From Betaproteobacteria bacterium (GTDB taxonomy: Bacteria; Pseudomonadota; Gammaproteobacteria; Burkholderiales; Ga0077523), in assembly GCA_016125475.1 (NCBI GenBank), contig WGLR01000011.1:6780-70779 (forward strand): DNA of 64,000 nt, read 5' to 3'. Under the pieces are notes generated by a model that worked only from the letters and a program-made list of their open reading frames with translations, was not told the origin of the DNA and searched no databases. Positions 20,509-28,957 of the stretch are shown here, piece by piece (positions within the stretch are counted from its first letter, which is position 1; every line of letters begins with the position of its first letter). Position numbers and translations under genes: made by a program.

Positions 20509-21301
20509 CAGCATCCTGCACTTCGCGGTCCACGATCTCGTCGCGCCGTGGGTCTCGAGCCCGCAGACGATCCTCTTCCATCACGGCCTCGGGGCCACCA
20601 GCGAAACCTGGGCCGGCTGGTTCCCGGCGCTGGCGGACAGGTATCGCATCGTCACCTTCGACATGCGCGGCCACGGTCGGTCGGACCACCCCCCGGCTGA
20701 CGCGCCCCTGACGCTCGAACTGCTCGCGCAAGACCTTTTCCGGGTGGCCGACGCCGCAGACGTCGGGCAGTTTCATCTGGTGGGAGAGTCGATCGGGGGC
20801 ACCATCGCGCTGCTGGCCGCGCTCGATCGGCCCGACCGTGTCCGGTCTCTCACGGTGAGCAACGGCGCGCACCTCGGCGGATCGATCCAGAATCTGGACG
20901 ACTGGAAGGAGACCATGGACCGGGGTGGCATGGCTGCCTGGTCCAGACACATGATGGGGCGACGCTTCTACGAAGACGCCATCGACCCCGCGATGTGGGC
21001 CTGGTACGAGCGGGAACAGGCAGGCGCCTCGCCCGAGTTCGTCCTGCGTGCCGTGAAGCTCCTGGTCGGTGCAGACCTCTCGTCCCGGCTACCCGCGCTG
21101 ACGCAACGGGCGTTGCTGCTGCACGGCGATTCGAGCCCGTTCATCCCGGTGAAGATCATGGCCGATCTTCACGCGAAGCTCCCGAACGCACGCCTGCAGA
21201 TCTTCCCGCATGCCAGACACGGGCTGCCGTTTTCACACGCCGCAGACTGTTCGCGGGCGCTCCGCCGTTTTCTGGATGAAGGGACGCTCTCCACGACCTG
21301 A
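20486..21301 (+). CDS. alpha/beta-fold hydrolase
   Basis: HHGLG oxyanion motif, GESIGG nucleophile elbow and C-terminal HARHG histidine. Confidence 0.85.
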   Translation: MPTITSPDSILHFAVHDLVAPWVSSPQTILFHHGLGATSETWAGWFPALADRYRIVTFDMRGHGRSDHPPADAPLTLELLAQDLFRVADAADVGQFHLVGESIGGTIALLAALDRPDRVRSLTVSNGAHLGGSIQNLDDWKETMDRGGMAAWSRHMMGRRFYEDAIDPAMWAWYEREQAGASPEFVLRAVKLLVGADLSSRLPALTQRALLLHGDSSPFIPVKIMADLHAKLPNARLQIFPHARHGLPFSHAADCSRALRRFLDEGTLSTT

Positions 21302-21361
21302 GAAGCCGTGATGCCCGCATCCCGGACGAGCAACCGCGCGTCCGGGATGCGGGCCGAAGGG

Positions 21362-21868
21362 TCAGAGCGAGACGTCGCCCGAAGCGGGCGTGAGGTCTGC
21401 GCCGTGGTGGCCCTTCTCCGTGCTGACCTGGACCTTGAGTTCCTCGAAACCGGGCAGAGTCTCGAAGATCCTGACGGCGAGCTTGCCGGAAGCGGGGCCG
21501 TCGCAGTGGAAGCGGTACATCGCCTGGATGTTTCCGTCTCCCTTCGTCGGACGACCCTGCGCATTGACCGTGAACGCGGCGACATAGTCCGAGCTGCACT
21601 TCGCTGCTTCCGGGAATGCGAACATCTTGTCGGCCGCCTTGAGCCGGTCGACGACCTCGGTAGGCGGAATGTTCTGCTTGTCCGCGGTTTCGGCCGTGGC
21701 TCTCGTCATCGGCAGACGCAGCTGCATGCTCACGTCACCACCTGAGACGTCGATCGACAGGCTCCCCTTGAGGTACTGGGCAGCCGCGGTGCCGTCGGCG
21801 CTGGCCGGGAGGGAACAGGCGAGCGTCGCGAGCACGGCGAGGGCATTGCGAATGGACGGGTGAATCAC
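21362..21868 (-). CDS. DUF2796 (ZrgA-like) periplasmic protein
   Basis: GTG start at 21868 gives a signal peptide (VIHPSIRNALAVLATLACSLPASA). The C-terminal YRFHC...L.V.IF..LPGFEELKVQV....G..GADLTP pattern resembles DUF2796. Family call from memory. Confidence 0.6.
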   Translation of the reverse strand: MIHPSIRNALAVLATLACSLPASADGTAAAQYLKGSLSIDVSGGDVSMQLRLPMTRATAETADKQNIPPTEVVDRLKAADKMFAFPEAAKCSSDYVAAFTVNAQGRPTKGDGNIQAMYRFHCDGPASGKLAVRIFETLPGFEELKVQVSTEKGHHGADLTPASGDVSL

Positions 21869-22013
21869 TTTCAGGCTCCGGATCGATTTGAAACCCGCGG
21901 AGTTTATCGCAACCGGCACGGCATCCGGGGGTACGACGATCCGGTGTCCCCAGTGCCGCCCGAGCCTCGACGGACTCCCCGCCCGACACCGCGCTGGCCG
22001 ACCCACCCCTCCT

Positions 22014-23303
22014 TCAGGCGGGGCCGGCCGCTCCCATCCGCGAGGACTCGATCTCTATCGGCGACCGGGTCATGGTGAGCATGATCGTCGCGCCCGTCAC
22101 GAGCAGCAGGCCTGCAATCCCGAACGCCCAGTTGTAGCTGCCGGTCCACTCGATCACGTAACCCGTCACGATCGGGGCGAGGATCCCGAAGACATTGCCG
22201 CCGACGATCAGGATCGACATCGCCTTGCCACTGTCCTCCGCGCTGCGAAGCAGGTCGTTCACGAGCGAGAAGTTGAGCGAGATCGCCGTCGCGATGCCTG
22301 TGAGCGACAGCGTGAACAGTGCGAGGATGACGATCGTGCTGTCGACGAACGGCGTGAACAGTATCACGGCCGACGACAGCATCATCACCACGTCCATCGA
22401 ACGTCGCCGCCCCTGCCCCACGGCGTCGTGCGTGAGGATCCTGTCACTCACACGGCCCAGCACGATGCCGAGCACGGCGGCCCCTGCGTACGGCACCGCC
22501 GTGAACAGGCCCGTCTTCACCACGTCCAGATGCCGGGTCTCCTGAAGGTAGCTCGGCAGCCACGTCAGGAAGAGATACTGCGTGTAGACCGCGCAGCCGT
22601 TCGCGAGCGCGAGGCCCCACATGGTCCGGGTACCGAGAAGGTCGAGCACGCGGCTCGAGCCGCTGCGTCGCGTGAGAGCCTCGGTGTCTGCGTCCCGCTC
22701 GCGCAGGATCTTGTCGCGCTCTTCGCGACCCAGCCAGCGAACGCGCTCGGGAACGTCGTACCAGACGAGCCACGCGACGAGCCAGACGAAGCCGACCGCC
22801 CCCACGACGAGAAACGAACCGCGCCAGCCCATCCGACTCACGATCCACGCGACGATCAGCGCACCGACGGCAGGCCCGGCCTGCGTGCCGGCCATGAAGA
22901 TCGCGTTGGTGAGACCTCGTTCGCGCGCCGGAATCCACTCGCGGACCACGCGCCCGCCCGTCGGGAACGTCGTCGCCTCGCCGACGCCCATCGCGAGCCG
23001 CGTGGCGATGAGCGTTCCGAAACTCCACGCGGCACCCGTCAGCATCGTGGCAGCGGACCAGACCGCGATCCCGACGGCGTTCAGGGCCCTGGAACCGAAA
23101 CGGTCGACGAGGATCCCCATCGGAAGCAGGCATAGCAGATACGTCCAGAGGAACGAGGAAAAGAGGTAGCCCATCGCGATCTTCGACAGACCGAACTCCT
23201 CGCTGATCGAATGGGACGCGACCGACAGCGCGACACGGTCGACGTAGTTGATCATGGCCAGCGTGAAAAGAAAGACACTGATCCACCCGCGTCGCCAGCT
23301 CAT
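22014..23303 (-). CDS. MFS transporter, anion:cation symporter (ACS) type, organic-acid/hexuronate-like
   Basis: 429 aa, 12 TM. INYVDRV..SVA and GILVDRFGSR motifs typical of the ACS subfamily (DgoT/ExuT/GudP-like). Confidence 0.85.
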   Translation of the reverse strand: MSWRRGWISVFLFTLAMINYVDRVALSVASHSISEEFGLSKIAMGYLFSSFLWTYLLCLLPMGILVDRFGSRALNAVGIAVWSAATMLTGAAWSFGTLIATRLAMGVGEATTFPTGGRVVREWIPARERGLTNAIFMAGTQAGPAVGALIVAWIVSRMGWRGSFLVVGAVGFVWLVAWLVWYDVPERVRWLGREERDKILRERDADTEALTRRSGSSRVLDLLGTRTMWGLALANGCAVYTQYLFLTWLPSYLQETRHLDVVKTGLFTAVPYAGAAVLGIVLGRVSDRILTHDAVGQGRRRSMDVVMMLSSAVILFTPFVDSTIVILALFTLSLTGIATAISLNFSLVNDLLRSAEDSGKAMSILIVGGNVFGILAPIVTGYVIEWTGSYNWAFGIAGLLLVTGATIMLTMTRSPIEIESSRMGAAGPA

Positions 23304-23408
23304 CGCGCTTCTCCTCCGTCGTCGTGCGGGGCGAGATCACGTGCCCCACGTTTCTCGATTCCTCCGCGAATGCGGGATACGGCTTTACGGCGATCCGTCC
23401 GCCGCCCG

Positions 23409-23768
23409 TCAGCGTGGCTGCCGGTGCGTCGGGACGCAATGTTCGGGAACGCGCACGACGATGTCACCGAGCAGCATGAACGACAGCGACTTCCCGTGAC
23501 CGTCGAGGCCCAGGCTGTAGTTGACGCCGCCTTCCAGCGCGTTGTCGATCACGAAATTCATGGCCGGCAGCCGTGGCAGCACGTAGCGCGAGCAGGCCGT
23601 GGCGCCCTTGTGCGCGAATACCTCCAGTACCCTGGCCTCCGTCACCTGGGCGAGCAGGTACGGGAACGCCTCGGGCAGGTACGGGATGACGCTCACGTTG
23701 GACCGGTTGCCCTTGTCGCCCGCTCGTGCGTGCGCGACGGCGTGCAAGGGGACGTCCACTTCGTTCAT
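23409..23768 (-). CDS. DUF4387-family small protein (AtuA partner)
   Basis: 119 aa from the ATG at 23768, overlapping the upstream stop (ATGA). AHARAGDKGN motif. Usual partner of DUF1446 proteins. Confidence 0.7.
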   Translation of the reverse strand: MNEVDVPLHAVAHARAGDKGNRSNVSVIPYLPEAFPYLLAQVTEARVLEVFAHKGATACSRYVLPRLPAMNFVIDNALEGGVNYSLGLDGHGKSLSFMLLGDIVVRVPEHCVPTHRQPR

Positions 23769-25135
23769 GATGCGTCCACCACGGTGATGCCCGGCGTGAC
23801 GTGCGCGCGATCCACCAGGATCGATGCCGTGCCGATCTGGGCCGTCACGTTCTGGCGCACGCCGGCGCCGGCGGCGGGACCGGAACAGTAGAGGCTCAGC
23901 ACTTCGTCCGCGACCTGCTGGGCGATGTGGCGATGGGCGCTGCGTGCCGCAGCGCGCACGCGGTACTCGCCGTCCGCGGGGAACTCTACTGTCGGGCGTC
24001 GTTGCGGGGCATCGCCGTCGAAGACCGCCTGCGTTCCGAGCACGTCCACGCGGACCCTTTCGGTGATGCCGATCTCCGTGCACCGCGTGCGCACGACGGA
24101 CGCGGCCAGACGGGCACGCGCGAGCGCGTTCGGCCCGGAATAGGTGATCTCGCCCTCGCCCAGCCATCCGGCATCGAAGCACACGGTGGCCTTGAGTGTC
24201 GCGGGGGGTTCCTTGCCGCGAGCGCCGCTCACCTGCACACGATTCAGGCCGACCTGGTCGACCGTGACTTCCCCCAGATCGAGCGTGACATCCGGCGTGA
24301 GATAGTTGCGCGGGTCGTGTACCTCGTAGAGCAGCTGCTCGATCACCGTTGCCCGGTCGACGAGACCGCCGGTATCCGCGGCCTTCGTGATCAGCAGTTC
24401 GCCGTGGGCATCCACCTCGGCAATCGGAAATCCCACGTGCGCGAGGTCGTCGACATCCTTGAACCCGGGATCGGCGAAATACGCACCCGTCACCTGCGCC
24501 CCGCATTCCAGCAGGTGTCCGCAAACGGTCCCCTGTGCGAGCAGGTCCAGGTCGTTCTCTCCCCAGCCGTGCACATGGACGAGGGGCCCGAGCGACAACG
24601 CCGCGTCGGTCGTGCGGCCGACCAGGACGACGTGGGCGCCCGTCGCAAGCGCCTCGGCGATCGGGCGTGCCCCCATGTAGGCGTTGGCCGCAACGAGCTT
24701 CCGTACTTCAGGGTCGAGACCTTCGATGCGCGGATGCGCGAGGATCTCCGCTTCGGACAGGGTGGCCAGCAGATCGTCACCCGTCACGGCGGCGACCCTG
24801 AGGCCGCGGACACCGAGTTCCGCCGCGAGCGCCTGCACGCGCTTCGCGGCCCCGAGCGGGTTCGCCGCGCCCATGTTGGTGACGATGCGAATCCCGTGCG
24901 CGTGACAGTCGGCCAGCACGCGAGAAAGGTAGGCGTCGAGAAACGGCGAATATCCCTTGTCGGGATCGTCGCGCCGGAGCTTCTGTGCAATCGCGAGCGT
25001 CCGCTCCGCCAGGACCTCGTAGATCAGGAACCGCTCCCCGTCCAGTCGCGAGAGTGTCCGGACGACGGGAACTGCCGCATCGATGCGGTCTCCCGAGAAC
25101 CCCGCGCCGCAGCCTATGAACACCTTCCGGCTCAT
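23765..25135 (-). CDS. acyclic-terpene-utilisation AtuA-family protein (DUF1446)
   Basis: 456 aa from the ATG at 25135. N-terminal IGCGAGFSGDR motif and overall AtuA/DUF1446 likeness. Confidence 0.75.
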   Translation of the reverse strand: MSRKVFIGCGAGFSGDRIDAAVPVVRTLSRLDGERFLIYEVLAERTLAIAQKLRRDDPDKGYSPFLDAYLSRVLADCHAHGIRIVTNMGAANPLGAAKRVQALAAELGVRGLRVAAVTGDDLLATLSEAEILAHPRIEGLDPEVRKLVAANAYMGARPIAEALATGAHVVLVGRTTDAALSLGPLVHVHGWGENDLDLLAQGTVCGHLLECGAQVTGAYFADPGFKDVDDLAHVGFPIAEVDAHGELLITKAADTGGLVDRATVIEQLLYEVHDPRNYLTPDVTLDLGEVTVDQVGLNRVQVSGARGKEPPATLKATVCFDAGWLGEGEITYSGPNALARARLAASVVRTRCTEIGITERVRVDVLGTQAVFDGDAPQRRPTVEFPADGEYRVRAAARSAHRHIAQQVADEVLSLYCSGPAAGAGVRQNVTAQIGTASILVDRAHVTPGITVVDAS

Positions 25136-25146
25136 GCTCGTCGGTC

Positions 25147-25914
25147 TCAGGTGATGGTCACGCCACCGTCGGCAACGATGCCCTGGCCGGTGATGAAGGA
25201 CCCTGCCTTCGAGGAGAGCAGCACCGCGATACCTGCAATCTCGTCGGGCTCGCCTATCCGCCGCAGGGGGGTCGTGCTCGTGTAGCGTGCGAGCGTCTCG
25301 GGGTTCTCCCAGAGTGCGCGCGCGAAGTCCGTCTTGATGAGCCCCGGCGCGATGCAGTTCACGCGGATGTTGTGCGGCCCGTACTCCACCGCGAGGTTGC
25401 GCGCGAGCTGGAAGTCGGCAGCCTTGGAGATGTTGTACGCCCCGATGACAGGCGAGCCCCGAAGGCCTCCGATGGACGAGACGATGATGATCGCGCCGTC
25501 CCTGCGCTCGATCATCTCGGGCGCCACCATCTGGATCAGCCAGTGATTCGCGATCACGTTGTTGTCGAGAATCTTCCGGAACTGGTCGTCCGAAATGCCC
25601 GCCAGCGGCCCGTAATAGGGATTCGAAGCCGCGTTGCACACCAGAACGTCGACACGTCCGAATGCATCGCGCGTCCTGGCGACGAGCGCCGCGAGATCGT
25701 CCTTCGAGGAGATGTTCGCCGGCACCGGAATGGCCGTTCCGTCGCCCCTGGCGCGGTTGATGGCGTCAGCGACCTCGCTGCAGGGGCCTGCCTTGCGCGA
25801 CGAGATCACCACTTTCGCACCGTGCTCGGCGAGCCTCTCGGCGATCGCGCGGCCTATGCCGCGCGACGACCCCGTCACGATGGCGACCTTGCCCCCCAGA
25901 TCGAACAGTGACAT
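25147..25914 (-). CDS. SDR-family oxidoreductase
   Basis: TGSSRGIG Rossmann motif, NAAS, and catalytic Y..SK (YNISKAA). 255 aa from the ATG at 25914. Confidence 0.88.
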   Translation of the reverse strand: MSLFDLGGKVAIVTGSSRGIGRAIAERLAEHGAKVVISSRKAGPCSEVADAINRARGDGTAIPVPANISSKDDLAALVARTRDAFGRVDVLVCNAASNPYYGPLAGISDDQFRKILDNNVIANHWLIQMVAPEMIERRDGAIIIVSSIGGLRGSPVIGAYNISKAADFQLARNLAVEYGPHNIRVNCIAPGLIKTDFARALWENPETLARYTSTTPLRRIGEPDEIAGIAVLLSSKAGSFITGQGIVADGGVTIT

Positions 25915-25940
25915 GCGAAACCTCCCTCCTGCGTGTCGTT

Positions 25941-26405
25941 TCAGAAGAATCCGGCCGTGAGCCACTCCGCGGAGATGGCCGGCCTGGATTCGTTCTCGAT
26001 CTCGATCGTGACGTCGTAGGTCGCCTGCCATCGGGACGCGCCGACCTCGAACGCCTTGAGGACGAAACGGCCACGAACGCGAGCGCCCTCGCGAACCGGC
26101 GCAACGAAACGAAGCCGGTTGAAGCCGTAGTTCACGCTCGTGTGGGAGCCCTCCACGGCGGGACACACCTCGTACGCCATGTTGGACAGGAGGGACAACG
26201 TGAGGAAGCCGTGTGCGATCGTGTGCCCGAACCGGGTACCTTCGGCTCGCGCCGGGTCGACGTGGATGAAGTAGGTGTCGAAGGTGAGGTTCGCGAAGTT
26301 GTCGATCATCGCCTGATCGATCCTCACCCATTCCGATACGCCGAGTTCGGTGCCGACCCGCGCCTTCAGCGATTCGACCGTCGCGGTACTGACAGGACCT
26401 TCCAT
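25941..26405 (-). CDS. MaoC-family (R-specific enoyl-CoA hydratase-like) dehydratase
   Basis: 154-aa hot-dog fold. The IHVDPARA....FGHTIAHG block is typical of the MaoC dehydratase domain. Confidence 0.85.
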   Translation of the reverse strand: MEGPVSTATVESLKARVGTELGVSEWVRIDQAMIDNFANLTFDTYFIHVDPARAEGTRFGHTIAHGFLTLSLLSNMAYEVCPAVEGSHTSVNYGFNRLRFVAPVREGARVRGRFVLKAFEVGASRWQATYDVTIEIENESRPAISAEWLTAGFF

Positions 26406-26496
26406 GCACTCCCCTCCCGTTCCGGTCTCGAACGGACCGTCCGGGACGATGATCGCACGGATCGCAGGTGTCGGGGGGAGCCCCGCGGAAGGGGGA

Positions 26497-26694
26497 TTAC
26501 GCGAACGTGTTCACGCGTGTGCCGAGCGTCCCGCTCGTAGCGAGAGCCGGCGCCTGGGGAATGAGACTCACGAGCCCCAGCGCAACCTGTGCCTGGGCAT
26601 CCATGGCCTTGCGCAGGACCGCGGTCTCGAGACGAGCACCGAACTGGGCCTGGGAAAGAGCCGGGGAAACAGCGGCAATCGCGTCAGCAGCCAT
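26497..26694 (-). CDS. YjfB-like small protein (putative motility protein family)
   Basis: 65 aa. The ALSQAQ........VLRKAMDAQAQ pattern matches the YjfB_motility family as I recall it. Confidence 0.55.
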   Translation of the reverse strand: MAADAIAAVSPALSQAQFGARLETAVLRKAMDAQAQVALGLVSLIPQAPALATSGTLGTRVNTFA

Positions 26695-26759
26695 GATGGT
26701 CGGAGCCTCCGGAGTTCATGTCCGGAGTAACGGGCGATTCCCCGGGATCTTGAGCACGA

Positions 26760-27845
26760 CTATTCCGCACGCTCGCCGGTGGCGGGTCCGGGACTGTCCG
26801 CGCCCGCGACGGATACCGCCCGTGCAGACCACTCGTCCAGCAGTCGATACGCGACCGCGAGCAGCGTGGGGCCGAGAAAGATCCCCACGAACCCGAACGC
26901 GATCACGCCGCCCAGCACGCCGGTGAAGACGAGTATGAACGGCAGCTTGGAACCCCGGCTGATCAGGAGAGGCTTCACCAGGTTGTCGACGCTGCTCACC
27001 ACCGCGGCGCCCCAGATGAACAGAAAGATGGCCCAGCCCACCCTGTCCTGCTGATAGAGCCAGAAGGCGGCGGGCCCCCAGATCAGCGGCGGTCCGATCG
27101 GAACCACCGAGAGGAAGAAGGTCGCGACGCCCAGCACCAGCGCCCCGGGCACGCCCGCGACGGCGAGCCCGACGGCGGCAAGGGCACCCTGAGCCATCGC
27201 GGTGCCGAGAATTCCGTACACGGTGCCGCGGACGGTGTTTCGCACGATCTCGGCCAGCTGGAACGCACGCTCGCCGACCACGCGTTCCGCAATGCGGCTC
27301 ACACGGCTCGCGAGTTCCTCGCCGTCCCGCCAGAGGAAGAAGACGATCATCGCACTGAGCAGAAGCGTGAAGACACTCTCCCCCAGGCTTCTACCTGCCG
27401 AGATGGCCCACTTCTTGGCCGGCTCGAGCAGGGGCTTCAGTTCGCGAATGGCGTTGCCACCGTCACTGGCGAGCCCCTGCCACTTCTCGTGTAGCCACTG
27501 CCCGGCGAGGGGGATGCCCGCCACCCAGTCCGGCGGCTGGGGCAGTCCGCGGTCGAGCCAGTGTTTCGCGCCCTCAAGCCAGGGTTCCGCGCTCTGCGCG
27601 AGTGCGATCCCTCCGAACGTGAGTGGTATGACGAGAACGAGGATGACGCCTATCGTCATCACGAACGCAGCGATCGACGCCCGCCCGCCGAGCGCCTGAC
27701 GCAGCCGGCAGAACAGCGGCCAGGTGGTGAGCGCGAGGATCGCCGCCCAGAGGGTCGCCGACAGGAACGGCCTCAAGACGAGAAAACACGCGACGACGAG
27801 CAGTGCCAGCGCCGCGATCAGGACGGTTCGTTCGATTCGTTCCAA
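26760..27845 (-). CDS. AI-2E family transporter (PerM/TqsA-like)
   Basis: 361 aa, about 8 TM, with the conserved C-terminal region (VPGALVLGVATFFLSVVPIGPPLIW...). Confidence 0.85.
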   Translation of the reverse strand: MERIERTVLIAALALLVVACFLVLRPFLSATLWAAILALTTWPLFCRLRQALGGRASIAAFVMTIGVILVLVIPLTFGGIALAQSAEPWLEGAKHWLDRGLPQPPDWVAGIPLAGQWLHEKWQGLASDGGNAIRELKPLLEPAKKWAISAGRSLGESVFTLLLSAMIVFFLWRDGEELASRVSRIAERVVGERAFQLAEIVRNTVRGTVYGILGTAMAQGALAAVGLAVAGVPGALVLGVATFFLSVVPIGPPLIWGPAAFWLYQQDRVGWAIFLFIWGAAVVSSVDNLVKPLLISRGSKLPFILVFTGVLGGVIAFGFVGIFLGPTLLAVAYRLLDEWSARAVSVAGADSPGPATGERAE

Positions 27846-27896
27846 GGTTCCGCCTCCCGGAGTCTCGCGGGCCCGCAGGGGGACAGCGAAGCGCCC

Positions 27897-27930
27897 AAAA
27901 AAAACCCGCGGGAGGATTCTCCCACGGGTT
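27897..27930 (-). terminator. rho-independent terminator downstream of htpX
   Basis: Minus strand: CCCGTGGGA-GAATCC-TCCCGCGGG hairpin (one G-T pair) followed by T8. Confidence 0.75.
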
Positions 27931-27957
27931 TCGACCTGGTCGGGGCCGGGGGCCGAA

Positions 27958-28845
27958 TCAGCCCGTCGTCGCCGCGGACCTCAGGGCGGCGATCCTCTGC
28001 TCCAGTGGTGGATGCGACATCATGAGAACCTTGAGTCCTCCCCCGAGGCCCCCGGCGATGCCGAATGCCTGCATGCCCTCGGGCAGCGTCGACGGCTCGT
28101 GGATCTGCTTCAGCCGCTCCAGGGCCGCGATCATCTTGTCACGGCCGGCCAGCCCCGCGCCCCCCGCATCCGCCCGGAACTCCCGTTGGCGGCTGAACCA
28201 CATTACGATGATGCTCGCGAGCAGCCCGAGCACGACTTCCGACACCATCGTGGCCACGAAGAAACCGATTCCATAGCCACGCTCGTTCTTCAGGATGACG
28301 CGGTCGACGACGTAGCCCACGATCCTCGACAGGAAGATCACGAAGGTGTTGACGACCCCCTGAATGAGGGTCAGCGTGACCATGTCGCCGTTGGCGACGT
28401 GACTCACCTCGTGTCCGAGGACCGCCTCGGCCTCGTCCCGGCTCATGTTGCGAAGAAGCCCCGTGCTGACGGCGACGAGGGCTTCGTTGCGATTCATGCC
28501 GGTGGCAAACGCGTTGATTTCGGGAGCGTCGTAGATCGCGACTTCCGGCATGCCGATACCGGCCCGTTCGGCCTGACGGCGCACGGTCTCGACCAGCCAC
28601 CGCTCGGCGGGATCGCGCGGATTCTCGATCACGACTGCCCCCGTCGAGCGCTTGGCCATCCACTTGGACATCGCGAGCGAGATGAACGCACCGCCGAAGC
28701 CGAACAGGGACGCGAACACGAGGAGACCGCCGAGGTTGAGCCCGTTGGCAGTCAGCCAACGGTTCACACCGAGCACCTGCGCCGTGATGGAAAGCAGGAC
28801 GATGACTGCGAGGTTGGTCGACAGGAACAGGAACACACGCTTCAC
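27958..28845 (-). CDS. htpX: zinc metalloprotease HtpX
   Basis: HEVSH (HEXXH) motif, 4 TM, and an N-terminus [16 protein letters not shown] typical of HtpX. Confidence 0.93.
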   Translation of the reverse strand: MKRVFLFLSTNLAVIVLLSITAQVLGVNRWLTANGLNLGGLLVFASLFGFGGAFISLAMSKWMAKRSTGAVVIENPRDPAERWLVETVRRQAERAGIGMPEVAIYDAPEINAFATGMNRNEALVAVSTGLLRNMSRDEAEAVLGHEVSHVANGDMVTLTLIQGVVNTFVIFLSRIVGYVVDRVILKNERGYGIGFFVATMVSEVVLGLLASIIVMWFSRQREFRADAGGAGLAGRDKMIAALERLKQIHEPSTLPEGMQAFGIAGGLGGGLKVLMMSHPPLEQRIAALRSAATTG

Positions 28846-28957
28846 GAGAACACTCCCGACAAGGACGAAGTGAGATACCGCGCTTTAGAAGGGCCGGACG
28901 GTCGCGAGTTCCGGAACCGGCCTCGGCAAGGTCGGTCGGACGGTGGGCAACCGCCCC

